From the NCBI GenBank assembly GCA_037442105.1, contig JBBIQV010000001.1:124001-172358 (forward strand): DNA of 48,358 nt, written 5' to 3'. Below the pieces are notes generated by a model. That model saw nothing but the letters and a program-made list of their open reading frames with translations. It made no database searches and had not been told where the DNA came from. This DNA comes from Nitrospiraceae bacterium (GTDB taxonomy: Bacteria; Nitrospirota; Nitrospiria; Nitrospirales; Nitrospiraceae). Shown here piece after piece: positions 31,684 through 41,036 of this stretch. The position numbers and the translations under genes were made by a program. The stretch's first letter is position 1, and every line of letters starts with the position of its first letter.

Positions 31684-31694
31684 TCTCCCACGCC

Positions 31695-32165
31695 TCACCG
31701 CCCGAGCACGCACCACATCCGGCGCGTCCCCGATTTTTGATCGGTGACCGGTTCGCCGCTGAAGAAGCTGACTTGCCAGGCGACGATGTCGTCATTCGGA
31801 TCGGGCGTGGCGGTCCAGTAGATTTCCGACTTGATGTTGGAGAAGGGATGACCCGCCGGGAGCGACGGATCATGCTGGGAGAGATCGATCAGGGTTTTAA
31901 GTTCATCGATAGACGGAGCCCGCCACTCCGATTGGCCGCCGACCGTCTTGGTCGCGCAGCGGGCGACCGAGGCACTCCAGACATCATGCACACGATCCGG
32001 CTCCTGTTCCCAGATCAAGCCGGTCTGATTATCTTTGACTGCCGCTCCATTCATGATCACGGTAAACCGGTCCCCGGCCGATGTGATCGGCGGCACCGCG
32101 AGCAACAGGAGCATCAGGATCCAGGACAGAGAGCTATGGACGCGCAGCCAATGTGTTCGTCTCAT
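31695..32165 (-). CDS. DUF1566 (Lcl C-terminal) domain exported protein
   Basis: VKDNQTGLIWEQ, WRAPSIDELKTL, YWTAT, AWQVSF and WCV. Confidence 0.88.
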   Translation of the reverse strand: MRRTHWLRVHSSLSWILMLLLLAVPPITSAGDRFTVIMNGAAVKDNQTGLIWEQEPDRVHDVWSASVARCATKTVGGQSEWRAPSIDELKTLIDLSQHDPSLPAGHPFSNIKSEIYWTATPDPNDDIVAWQVSFFSGEPVTDQKSGTRRMWCVLGR

Positions 32166-32169
32166 GACG

Positions 32170-33132
32170 CTAGTGAACAGAGAAGGGGACCGGCGCAAAG
32201 GTCAGCACGAAGATGGCCAGCGCAGCCCAGCCGATCCAGACCCTCGTTCGTCCCAGCGCCGCCTCGGGGTCGAGAACCGGCGGATGAGCCAGCCCCCACA
32301 TGCCCGCCATGCCGGCCCAGAGGAACCAGCCGGGCCAGCCGACGAACCCCAGAATGATCAGGACGGGAACGATCGCGAAGGCCATCGTGCGCTGGCGAGT
32401 CCCCCAGAGCGCATAGGCGACGTGGCCGCCGTCGAGCTGCCCGATAGGAATCAGGTTGAGCGACGTCACGAACAGTCCGAACCAGGCGGCAAAGCCGATA
32501 GGATGCAGCACCACGTCGGCAGTGGGCGGAAGGGAGCCGATGACGAGCCACGACATGAACTGCAACAGGAGCGGCTCACCGAGATGCAGGCCATAAGTCG
32601 ATTGCGCCTCGACCACACGAGACAGACGCAAACCGATCACGAGTGCGGCAACGGCCACGACGAAGCCGGCGATCGGCCCGGCCACGCCGATATCGAAGAG
32701 CGCCCTTCTGTTCATGATCGGCCCGCGCAAGCGAATGATCGCCCCGAAGGTCCCGATAAAGTGCGGCGGTCCGGGGATAAACAGCGGCAAGGAGGTCGGC
32801 ACGCGATGGATACGCGACAACACATAGTGGCCGAGTTCATGGGTCACCAGGATGCCGAGCAGCGTCGCTGCGAAGGGCACGCCATCCCATAAGACGCGCG
32901 GATTGTTCGCCAGGAACTGCCAGGCTCCTTGAAACGGACTGGTGTTGGTTTGGTACGCACCGGCCCAGAGGGTGGTGAAGATGGTAATGAGAAAAAGACC
33001 CAGCGGGAGCAACCAGCCTGAACGTACCGGCTGCCTGGGCTCATCCGGCTCATTCTCGAATGGCTGCGCCGCGTTCCGGTCCTCCCGCATCGGAGCGCTG
33101 GTCGGTTCGATCTCGTATTCGCGCTCATCCAT
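32170..33132 (-). CDS. Site-2 protease (M50) family protein
   Basis: THELGHY, DIGVAGP and LNLIPIGQLDGGH. Confidence 0.93.
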   Translation of the reverse strand: MDEREYEIEPTSAPMREDRNAAQPFENEPDEPRQPVRSGWLLPLGLFLITIFTTLWAGAYQTNTSPFQGAWQFLANNPRVLWDGVPFAATLLGILVTHELGHYVLSRIHRVPTSLPLFIPGPPHFIGTFGAIIRLRGPIMNRRALFDIGVAGPIAGFVVAVAALVIGLRLSRVVEAQSTYGLHLGEPLLLQFMSWLVIGSLPPTADVVLHPIGFAAWFGLFVTSLNLIPIGQLDGGHVAYALWGTRQRTMAFAIVPVLIILGFVGWPGWFLWAGMAGMWGLAHPPVLDPEAALGRTRVWIGWAALAIFVLTFAPVPFSVH

Positions 33133-33149
33133 AAAATATGATGCTCACA

Positions 33150-33992
33150 TCAGGCGGTCCCAGCAAAGGGATTGTGGGCTAACTCCTCGCGGACGCTCGT
33201 TGCCGGCCCGTGACCTGGAAGCAAGATGGCGTCCTCAGGTAATTTCAACACACGCTGGCGCACGGATTCCAGATGGAGGGGATAGAGCTTAGCTGGATTT
33301 GACCGGCCGATTGACCCGGCGAACAGCGTGTCGCCGACACAACAAATCGTCCGGCCTTCTCCCTCGACGCGATAACAGGTACCGCCCGGTGTATGGCCTG
33401 GCGTCGCCAGGCACCGAACGGTCAGTCGACCCACCTGGATGGTTTGACCATCCTTTGGTGCCACGAGGAAATCTTCCGGGGGGCGCCAGCTCAGGAGATC
33501 GAGATCATCCGGACCGAGGTATACCGGGACCTCCCGTAGCTTGAGGAGGCGGTCGATGCCGTCCGCATGGTCCGCGTGGCCATGTGTCAGACAGATCCCC
33601 AGCAGGTGGAGGCTGCGCCGCTGCAGCACCTCGATCACCGCCGCCGCATTGTATCCCGTATCGACCAGCAACGCCTCGCCGTCATCGTGTAGCACATAAC
33701 CTTTGACTGCATATCCACCGATATCGCCGTGGATCGTCTCCACGTGGGTGAGCGTGGGTGTCGCGGCCGGCATCCACTTGTCGATGGCGATCTGCTCCAG
33801 CGGATCAGCGCGAAGCCCTAACGCGTTAGCAATCGCCCGCACCTCATCACGATGCCGCGGTTGATCCCCTCGCTCCAACGCCGTAATGTCGGCTCCCGGG
33901 AGTCCAGTGTCGCGCGCGACATCGGCGACCGCCAACCCCTGCCCCACGCGCGCCTTCTTGATGATGTCGCAGAAATCGTCTTCTAAAGGCAT
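33150..33992 (-). CDS. MBL-fold metallohydrolase with N-terminal HTH
   Basis: THGHADH, PGHT, GDTLF and PGHG; XRE-like N-terminus IIKKARVGQGL..ADVARDTG. Confidence 0.88.
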   Translation of the reverse strand: MPLEDDFCDIIKKARVGQGLAVADVARDTGLPGADITALERGDQPRHRDEVRAIANALGLRADPLEQIAIDKWMPAATPTLTHVETIHGDIGGYAVKGYVLHDDGEALLVDTGYNAAAVIEVLQRRSLHLLGICLTHGHADHADGIDRLLKLREVPVYLGPDDLDLLSWRPPEDFLVAPKDGQTIQVGRLTVRCLATPGHTPGGTCYRVEGEGRTICCVGDTLFAGSIGRSNPAKLYPLHLESVRQRVLKLPEDAILLPGHGPATSVREELAHNPFAGTA

Positions 33993-34065
33993 AACAAGCT
34001 CGTAGCAAGCAGCAAATAGCCAGAAAATTAATCCTGATTTCTCGCTCGAAGCTATTCGCTACCTG

Positions 34066-34572
34066 CTATTTGCTATCAGCTAGGCATGCCTGCCACGCTT
34101 CCACCATTGCCGGATCGACATCTACCAACAGCACGGTCTTCAAGTGGCGTGGCGAGAATTGTTGAACTTCACCGACCATCAGTGATGCGGCTTCCTTCGG
34201 GTCAACACCACCGACGCCGGTCCCCATTCCCGGCATCGCCAGAGATTGGAAACCCTTCTCATCGGCCAACACCAACGCCGCCTTCGTCGCAAGCGCGACG
34301 TTCTGAGCAGGAATCCGCATTGCCGGGTCCGGCATCGTCGGCGCATGGATAATGCCTTTGAACCTTGTTTTCCCACCGGAGGTCAGCACCGCTCTTCCCA
34401 CCGCGATCGGCGCCTGCCTCCGTGCCTCCTGCTCCACTTCCTGCCCCGCCGCCCGCTTGATCACCCCTGCCACTCCACCGCCCATGATGCCATGACTATT
34501 CGCGGCGTTCACAATCACGTCGGCTTCAACGTCGAGAATGCTGCCTTGGACGACTGTGATGTGAATAAACAT
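34066..34572 (-). CDS. Macro-domain protein (ADP-ribose binding/hydrolase)
   Basis: DVIVNAANS..MGGGVAG and PGMGTGVGG. Confidence 0.92.
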   Translation of the reverse strand: MFIHITVVQGSILDVEADVIVNAANSHGIMGGGVAGVIKRAAGQEVEQEARRQAPIAVGRAVLTSGGKTRFKGIIHAPTMPDPAMRIPAQNVALATKAALVLADEKGFQSLAMPGMGTGVGGVDPKEAASLMVGEVQQFSPRHLKTVLLVDVDPAMVEAWQACLADSK

Positions 34573-34610
34573 AGTTCAGCGATCCCCGCAGAGAGTTACG
34601 GCTATTGGCG

Positions 34611-34904
34611 TCAGCTCAAGCTGCCGATGATGTGCCGGTACTCATCTTCGGAGTAGGCTTTCAGCGTCGTCGAGCGAACGTTTCCCAACGACCCCAGCTT
34701 GAGCGCGAAACTCGCCAGCTTGTCGTTGTTCGGCATATCCACGATGAGCACGAGGTCATACATCCCTAACGTCATGTAGAACGATTTGACCTCGCCGCCC
34801 ATGTCCTTGGCGAGTTTTTTCACCGCATCCAACCGCTTGGGCGAGTCCTTCACGTTCTTGATGCCCTGATCCGTCCAGTTGAGGAGCATCACACAGGTCA
34901 CCAT
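34611..34904 (-). CDS. GYD-domain protein
   Basis: WTDQG, FYMTLGMYDLV and GNVRSTTLKA; AAGGAGG RBS. Confidence 0.88.
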   Translation of the reverse strand: MVTCVMLLNWTDQGIKNVKDSPKRLDAVKKLAKDMGGEVKSFYMTLGMYDLVLIVDMPNNDKLASFALKLGSLGNVRSTTLKAYSEDEYRHIIGSLS

Positions 34905-35081
34905 GATGGCCTCCTTATCACCGATCCGCCACGCTCGCAATCCGTTGGTTCCACAGTACCTTGTCTCTGGGGGGCAATCAAGGTAGAGAAAGATGGCTCC
35001 GTGAAGCCGGTCACGCAACCTTCCTTGATACCTCATTTGGCTATGGTGTCTACTGCCACCGGCCCAAGGCGAAGTCGGACA

Positions 35082-35456
35082 ATGAAAGTGAAGCGGCTAA
35101 AAGTGGGGGTTCGCCCTTTAGAAGAAGGGTTGCAGGAGTTCGGTGCAACGCTCAAGGCTCTCCAGGCGGGCAAGACCTTGCCCAAGCGAACAGGGGTCTA
35201 CTTCGTCAGTGTCGAAGCGATGCGGCAAGTGCTCACGCCGTCACGCCTGACCTTGCTGCATCTCATTCGGACTCGTCATCCCCGCTCCATTGCCGCGTTG
35301 GCGAAGCTGATGCGTCGGGACTTTAAGAACGTCCATACCGATCTGAAGCTGTTAGCCGATCTCGGACTGGTGCACTTGGAACCCGGAGCGCATCTGCGGG
35401 ACTCCGTCACCCCGACCGTTCCCTATGAACGAATTCAGTTCGAGATCGCTGTGTGA
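35082..35456 (+). CDS. wHTH regulator, HVO_A0114/TumA-like antitoxin
   Basis: QVLTPSRLTLL..PRSIAALAKLMRRDFKNVHTDLKLL..LGLV...PTVPYERI. Confidence 0.75.
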   Translation: MKVKRLKVGVRPLEEGLQEFGATLKALQAGKTLPKRTGVYFVSVEAMRQVLTPSRLTLLHLIRTRHPRSIAALAKLMRRDFKNVHTDLKLLADLGLVHLEPGAHLRDSVTPTVPYERIQFEIAV

Positions 35457-35470
35457 GGGGGATAAGAGGC

Positions 35471-36089
35471 TTAGGATTTCGAGGCAAGACCGCCGAGGAA
35501 TTTCGCCGCGTCTCTTGTAATCTGCTCGGCCGTCCGGCTATTCGGTTGAAGTTTCGCGGCCCAAGGTCGGCCCGGATGGACCGTGTCCCATGATGATCGC
35601 TGCTGGTTGTATCTTCCTTTCCCCGGATCGTGGTTCCCAAAGCCGTCGATCTGCGGGTTCCACAACGGGGAAAACATCGTAATCAGCAGCGACTCGCCCA
35701 GCGGAATCCAGATGTCATCGACGATCAAATACCGGCATCGGAAGTCCGCCAACTCAAGATTCTCCGCTTGCTCGATCGAGTCGGCATGCTCTCGCAGCCG
35801 CCTGTAGAGAACCTCACCGGGGTCCTCTCCAAGGCCATAGCCCCCCCTTGCGAGCGCCGGGAGGAACGGCCTTCCCGACGTAGATCGGAGCAGCCCATCG
35901 ATGATGACGATTGTTCTTCGCAAGCTCATGATAAGCGGAGAACGACCCCGCATAGTAGATCGCATAGATGCCGGCCCCTTCAAACGGCTCAGGCGGAGGA
36001 AGCGAGACGACCGGCCGCTCCAGCAGAGCCTTGGTGACACTTTCGCCAAGATTGGACTTTTCGAGCGGATTGTACGGTTCGTCGGGCAT
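35471..36089 (-). pseudogene. Eco29kI-family GIY-YIG restriction endonuclease, frameshifted
   Basis: N-half (GAGIYAIYY...PIYVGKA.P.GARKG) and C-half (RLREH, IPLGESLLI, PLWN..IDGFGNHDPG.GR, WDTVHPGR.WA) are in different frames, joined at a G7 run (C7 at 35841-35847). Confidence 0.88.
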
Positions 36090-36101
36090 CGAATCCCATC
36101 C

Positions 36102-37520
36102 TCAGGGCTTCCGTATGATGACCGCCGACTCGTACAAGGTGGCCTTCGTTGGAAGTCCCCTGCGGACGGATGACTGTGTGACGCTGGCCCCGACTCTCTT
36201 GTCCCGGATACAGGGAGTTCCCTCCAATTCAAATCCTTGCTGGACGGCAATCTCTCCAAGGATTCGTTCAACCTTGATCTCCAAGCCCTGAATGATTGAA
36301 TTACCGATCACAATCACTCCCACTCCACCTCGCTTCATCACTCTCTTCAAGACCCCGAGGAAGCGATCGCAATCATTGAAGTAGGAGACCACATAATTGG
36401 CCCATCCTGGGCCACCATAGGCCCCGGCACTCTTGCGAATTTCACGGAGTTGTTTAAGAACTTTTTCAAGCTCACGGTGTTGGAAGTTCAGTGTGAGGTC
36501 GTGCCCGTCTCGCACGGTCTGCCAAAACTTCCCTAAGTTGCCCGTTTCCAGCTCCCGTTGCTGTTGCGGCGACGAGATGAAGGAGAGCCAGTACAACTGC
36601 GGCCTGGTATTGCGGACATAGTGATAGTTGTTCATGTACGGAGGCGATGTGACCATCAAGTCCACCGATGCCGCCTCCAGCTCGTCATGGTCGGTCAAAA
36701 AATTCGCATTCAGAACCCGGCCCGCCCCGACGGCCGTTGTCTCGTGTGTCTGTTCCCGAAGCCACGCGATGTCGGCCCGCATGTGGTGTAGCTTATGGAG
36801 TAAGACGGCCAAGACATCGGCATCCTCGACCAACGGTTTTCCTGCTCCGGGTCGAGAGCCCAGACTCGGCTCATAGGTGTAGTTGGAGACGGTCACGATG
36901 ATAGAGCCCAAAGCGATGCGGAACAGGGTTGCAATGCGTTCATCCGGGATCGACGCAAAGAAACCCAGCGCGTGCAGCACCTGTCGCTCCACGCGAGGAC
37001 TCAAGAACGGGATTCGCGTTTTCAGATTCGGCGCACCGATCCCGTTCGGCGGGGGCTCCGAGCGCCAGGTTTTCCCCGCCCGTCTCGCCTCGTCTATCCA
37101 CGCATCAAACTGTTCGAGGTTGATCGTGAAAGTTTGGAGCTTGGCTGTCGCCGCCAGCGCCGGGTAGGGATTGATCTCGAAGCCGATGGCATCGTGGCCA
37201 TTAAGAACAGCCTGCAAGAGTGTCGTGCCAACCCCAGCGAAGGGATCGAGCACAAGCCTTCTTCTAGGCCCGCTGACCGGGCGCAGGTAGGCGGCACACA
37301 CGCTGTCGACGAATGACGCCGAGAATCCGGCAATCCATGGAACCCAACGGTGCACAGGCAGACTCTTGTTCTCTCCGAAGGCCGGGTCTCGAAACACACC
37401 ATTGGCTGGGTCCGCAGATCCAAAGCTGAACAGGGGGAGTTGGTTTCGCGGAGAACGTGGAGAAGCTTCCTGGTAGGTCGCTTCTGTTTCGGCAACTCGG
37501 GAATTGCCTGATTGAAGCAT
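36102..37520 (-). CDS. Amino (N4C/N6A) DNA methyltransferase, partner of the GIY-YIG REase
   Basis: HRWVPWIAGFS, VLDPFAGVGTT and VTSPPY; GAGGT RBS before ATG 37520; ends 12 nt before the REase start. Confidence 0.9.
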   Translation of the reverse strand: MLQSGNSRVAETEATYQEASPRSPRNQLPLFSFGSADPANGVFRDPAFGENKSLPVHRWVPWIAGFSASFVDSVCAAYLRPVSGPRRRLVLDPFAGVGTTLLQAVLNGHDAIGFEINPYPALAATAKLQTFTINLEQFDAWIDEARRAGKTWRSEPPPNGIGAPNLKTRIPFLSPRVERQVLHALGFFASIPDERIATLFRIALGSIIVTVSNYTYEPSLGSRPGAGKPLVEDADVLAVLLHKLHHMRADIAWLREQTHETTAVGAGRVLNANFLTDHDELEAASVDLMVTSPPYMNNYHYVRNTRPQLYWLSFISSPQQQRELETGNLGKFWQTVRDGHDLTLNFQHRELEKVLKQLREIRKSAGAYGGPGWANYVVSYFNDCDRFLGVLKRVMKRGGVGVIVIGNSIIQGLEIKVERILGEIAVQQGFELEGTPCIRDKRVGASVTQSSVRRGLPTKATLYESAVIIRKP

Positions 37521-37815
37521 TCGATGACCTCTGCCAATGAGTTTGTTCTTCGCTAGTCGAGATCGAGTGTTGGTGGCAGGTTGCACGGGCACGGATGCTA
37601 CGCACCCTATTGGCAAGTGTCAATATTCAAGTTTGAGCAACAGTGAGCCTCTAGAATTTTTCTTCCATGCCGCACAAGCTCAATAGGTTGTCTCTTACCT
37701 GTTTCTTTCCGCGGACTCCCTGAGCTTCCTCAATCCCCTTTATGTGCGAAGGGTTCAGAGTCTCCGCTGCTATTGCAGCCGTCGAACAAGCGCTTTCTCC
37801 ACTCACCGCTCTTGG

Positions 37816-37913
37816 GGCTCGGTGGGCCATGAAAGCCTGGCTGCGCGCGTCCAACGAGCACTGCTTCACCGTGCGGGTTGCGCGAGCACGAGGCTTTCAT
37901 GGCCCACCGAGCC
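37816..37913 (+). repeat. Bulged-hairpin family, copy B
   Basis: Perfect 23-bp outer stem GGCTCGGTGGGCCATGAAAGCCT/AGGCTTTCATGGCCCACCGAGCC; core TGC-G-CGCG-TC-CAAC-GA-GCAC...GTGC-GG-GTTG-CGCG-A-GCA. Confidence 0.9.
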
Positions 37914-37920
37914 TTTCCCC

Positions 37921-39396
37921 TCAGCCCTCCGGCGTCAGCCTGATCTCTTTCACTTCTCCGAATCCCGACAAGAGCCGTGGAAGTGCCTCCCCGGGCCCAA
38001 CGGCGAGAATCTTCAACCGATCAGGATGGAGATGCTTCTTGGCGGCGGCCAACAACTCTTCTTTGGTCAGCTTCACCACCTTGTCGCGAAGCTGTTGAAG
38101 AAAATCCTTGGGCAGGCCGTCGTACTCCAACTCCATCAACCGATTGACGATGGCTGAGGGACTCGTGAACGAGAAGACGAACGAATTGACGTAGGCTTCC
38201 TTGGCTTCATCCAGTTCCTCGTCCGTCACCGGTTCGGTCCGGAGCCGTTCGACGTTGGCGACGAAGCGGTTGATCACCTCCTGCGTGGAGGCGAGTTTCG
38301 TCTCCGCCCGCATCAGCCAGATCCCTTGATCGTGCGTGCCGGTGCGAACGGCGCTGCCGACCGAGTAGGCCAGACCTCGCTTCGTCCGCACATCGTTGAA
38401 GAGCCGGCTGCGGAAGGAGCTGCCTCCCAAGATGTCGTTCGCGATGGCCAGGGCGACATAGTCCGGATCGTTTTCCTTGATCGTGAGATGGCCGACGCGC
38501 AGGTGCGTTTGCGTCGTCTCTTTGCTGACAAACCGGACCGTGCTGAGGCTCGCTTCACCCTCCGGCACGTCGGGAATCTTCAGGTCCGGCACCTCGCCCT
38601 TCTGCCAATCGCCGAACACCTCGCGCAACGTAGTGAGCATCGCGCCCTTCTCGAAGTCGCCCGTGACGCCTAAGATCATCCCATTGGGCTGGACCGTATG
38701 TTGATGGAACGCGATGAGATCGTCGCGCGTGAGGCGTTGGATGGATGCGACCGTGCTTTCTCGTGCCGTCGGATGGTCGGAACCATAGAGCAGTTTGACG
38801 AACTCGCGCCCGACGATGGAGCCGGGATTATCCTGGCGCCGGCGGATGCTTTCGATGGCTTGCAGTTTTGCCAGCTCGACACGCGCCGGGTCGAAGGCAG
38901 GCGCCCGCAGCAGGTCTGCGAAGATCTGTATCCCTCGCTTGAGGTCTTTCTTCAACACGTCGAGCGAGGCCGATCCGGATTCCCTTCCGATAGAGATGCT
39001 CAGCGACGCAGCGAGCTGTTCCAGCTCTTCGTCCACCTGATCGGCGGACATCCGCATCGAACCGCCCGTTCGCATGACGGACCCCGCCAGCGCCGCTAGG
39101 CCCACCTTGTCTGCCGGATCGAGCCAACTGCCCGTCTTCAGCATGGCGTTGACGGTGATGAGCGGCAGTTCGTGATCCTCCAGCAAATAGACCACCAGGC
39201 CGTTGTCGAGGACGACACGTTCCGGCTCCGGCGGATTGAACTCGACCGGCGAGAACTTCATCCGCCGGGGATCGTCGAGCGTGAGGTCCCCCGCTGATCC
39301 GACCGTCGCCTGACCCCCCACGATCGCCAGCAGCATGACGGCGATTGCCGGTATCTGTCCCCTCACCCCTACCCCTTCACCCCTAACCAGCCTCAT
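37921..39396 (-). CDS. M16 peptidase, non-catalytic subunit
   Basis: LDNGLVVYLLEDHELP, ILGG..FRSRLF..VRTKRGLAYSV; lacks HxxEH. Confidence 0.9.
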   Translation of the reverse strand: MRLVRGEGVGVRGQIPAIAVMLLAIVGGQATVGSAGDLTLDDPRRMKFSPVEFNPPEPERVVLDNGLVVYLLEDHELPLITVNAMLKTGSWLDPADKVGLAALAGSVMRTGGSMRMSADQVDEELEQLAASLSISIGRESGSASLDVLKKDLKRGIQIFADLLRAPAFDPARVELAKLQAIESIRRRQDNPGSIVGREFVKLLYGSDHPTARESTVASIQRLTRDDLIAFHQHTVQPNGMILGVTGDFEKGAMLTTLREVFGDWQKGEVPDLKIPDVPEGEASLSTVRFVSKETTQTHLRVGHLTIKENDPDYVALAIANDILGGSSFRSRLFNDVRTKRGLAYSVGSAVRTGTHDQGIWLMRAETKLASTQEVINRFVANVERLRTEPVTDEELDEAKEAYVNSFVFSFTSPSAIVNRLMELEYDGLPKDFLQQLRDKVVKLTKEELLAAAKKHLHPDRLKILAVGPGEALPRLLSGFGEVKEIRLTPEG

Positions 39397-41036
39397 TGCG
39401 TCACCTCGCCGCTCGGCAATGCCGTCATTTTCTTATTCTTGTCGTTCCCCTTTTTCACCAGAATGCCGACCGTGCGATTTGATTTGATCAAATACTGCGT
39501 CGCCACCCGCTGAATGTCGGCAGGCGTCACCGCGGCGATGCGATCCCGGGCCTTTAAGACGTAGCGCCATTCGCCTGCGACCGTCTGGTACAGGGCCAAC
39601 TGCGAGGCCAATCCCGCGTTCGACCGGAGAGAGCGGACCAAATCGGCATCCAGGTTGTTCAGCACTTTTTCCAGCTCTTTGGCCGAAACCGGTTCGGTCT
39701 TGAGCCGTTCGAGTTCCTCAAGAATCGCCGCTTCTACCTCGGCTGTCGTGTGCGGTGCCCGAGGCGTCGCCATCACGACAAAGAGGTTCGGCGCGCGCAC
39801 GCCCGGATAATTTGTATCGGACGTGACGGAGGCCGCCAGCCGTTTGTCTCGCACCAACCGGCTATAGAGTCGGGAGGTCACACCATCGGTCAATACCGCA
39901 TCGATCACGTCGAACACATAATCATCCGGATGACCGATACCCGGCTTGTGGTAGCCGATCGCCAGCGACGGTTCCGCATCGAACTCGACCTCGACCCGCC
40001 GTTCACCCCGCTGCAGCGGCTCGACCGTGAGCACCGGAGGGGCGGGCGGCGAGGCGGGAATGTTTCCGAAGGTATTCTCGATCAGCGCGAGGACTTCCTT
40101 CGGATTAATGTCGCCGACGATCGCAATCGTGGCGTTCCCCGGCCCATAGTAAGTCTTGAAGAACTCCTCCGTCGCGGTCGGCGTGAGCGCCTGAATATCG
40201 GACGCCCACCCGATAGTCGGCACGCCGTAGGGATGGGCTTGGAACGCCGCGGCCGTGAACGTCTCGAACAACATGCCGTTGGGGCTGTCCTCTGTCCGCA
40301 GCCGCCGCTCCTCCATCACGACGCCGCGTTCCTTATAAAACTCGCGCAACACAGGATGCGCCATGCGGTCGGCCTCGAGCGCCGCCCAGAGGGGAAGCCG
40401 GTTGGCCGGCAGGCTGATCATGTAGCGTGTCAGGTCCTTGCCGGTGGCCGCATTGAGCCCGACGCCGCCGTGCCGCTGGTACAGCAACGCCATTTCGTTG
40501 CCGACCACGTAGTGCCCCGCCCTTTCTTGCAGCTCCTTGAATCGTTGCTGCAGCGCCTCCAGTGTTGTCTCTGCCGGCGTGTTCGAATTCCCCGCCTGAG
40601 CAGCGGCAGTCATCTCCCGCTGCTTTAGTTCGAGCTCGGTGCCCACGCGGTGCAACTCATCCAACAGCTCCCGTTCTTTCTCGTAATCTCTCGTGCCGAC
40701 CGTGCGCGTTCCCTTGAACGCCATGTGTTCGTACAGATGCGCAATGCCGGTCCGGCTGACTTGCTCATTGATGCCCCCGACGCCAAATGTGAGATTGATC
40801 GAGACGACAGGAGTTTGGTGTCGCTCGACCATAAGCACCGTGAGCCCGTTCGCCAGCTTGTGTTCGATCACGCGGTCGGCCAGACTGGCCGCCTGCGGCG
40901 CGTCCGCCGCAGAAGACAGGTTGAGGTCGAGGCTCAGGCTGAGGGGTGGAGGCAGAAGAAACAGGAGCAAGACAAGCCCGAACGTCAATCCCACCCTCAA
41001 CCTTAACCTCAGCCTCAACCTTGATTTCGTCTTCAT
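39393..41036 (-). CDS. M16 peptidase, catalytic subunit
   Basis: LANGL, GIAHLYEHMAFKGT (HxxEH), ERGVVMEERR and HPYG; ATGA overlaps on both sides. Confidence 0.93.
   Translation of the reverse strand: MKTKSRLRLRLRLRVGLTFGLVLLLFLLPPPLSLSLDLNLSSAADAPQAASLADRVIEHKLANGLTVLMVERHQTPVVSINLTFGVGGINEQVSRTGIAHLYEHMAFKGTRTVGTRDYEKERELLDELHRVGTELELKQREMTAAAQAGNSNTPAETTLEALQQRFKELQERAGHYVVGNEMALLYQRHGGVGLNAATGKDLTRYMISLPANRLPLWAALEADRMAHPVLREFYKERGVVMEERRLRTEDSPNGMLFETFTAAAFQAHPYGVPTIGWASDIQALTPTATEEFFKTYYGPGNATIAIVGDINPKEVLALIENTFGNIPASPPAPPVLTVEPLQRGERRVEVEFDAEPSLAIGYHKPGIGHPDDYVFDVIDAVLTDGVTSRLYSRLVRDKRLAASVTSDTNYPGVRAPNLFVVMATPRAPHTTAEVEAAILEELERLKTEPVSAKELEKVLNNLDADLVRSLRSNAGLASQLALYQTVAGEWRYVLKARDRIAAVTPADIQRVATQYLIKSNRTVGILVKKGNDKNKKMTALPSGEVTQ
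40920..41024. repeat. Inverted hexamer-period tracts within the M16 N-terminus
   Basis: (TTGAGG/CTGAGG)n versus (CCTCAA/CCTCAG)n, encoding RLRLRLRLR and LSLSLDLNL. Confidence 0.7.

Noticed and set aside
35848..36271. N-terminal part of the 266-aa ORF 35471-36271
   Set aside because: Out-of-frame read-through; the real N-terminus is in ORF 35814-36089.
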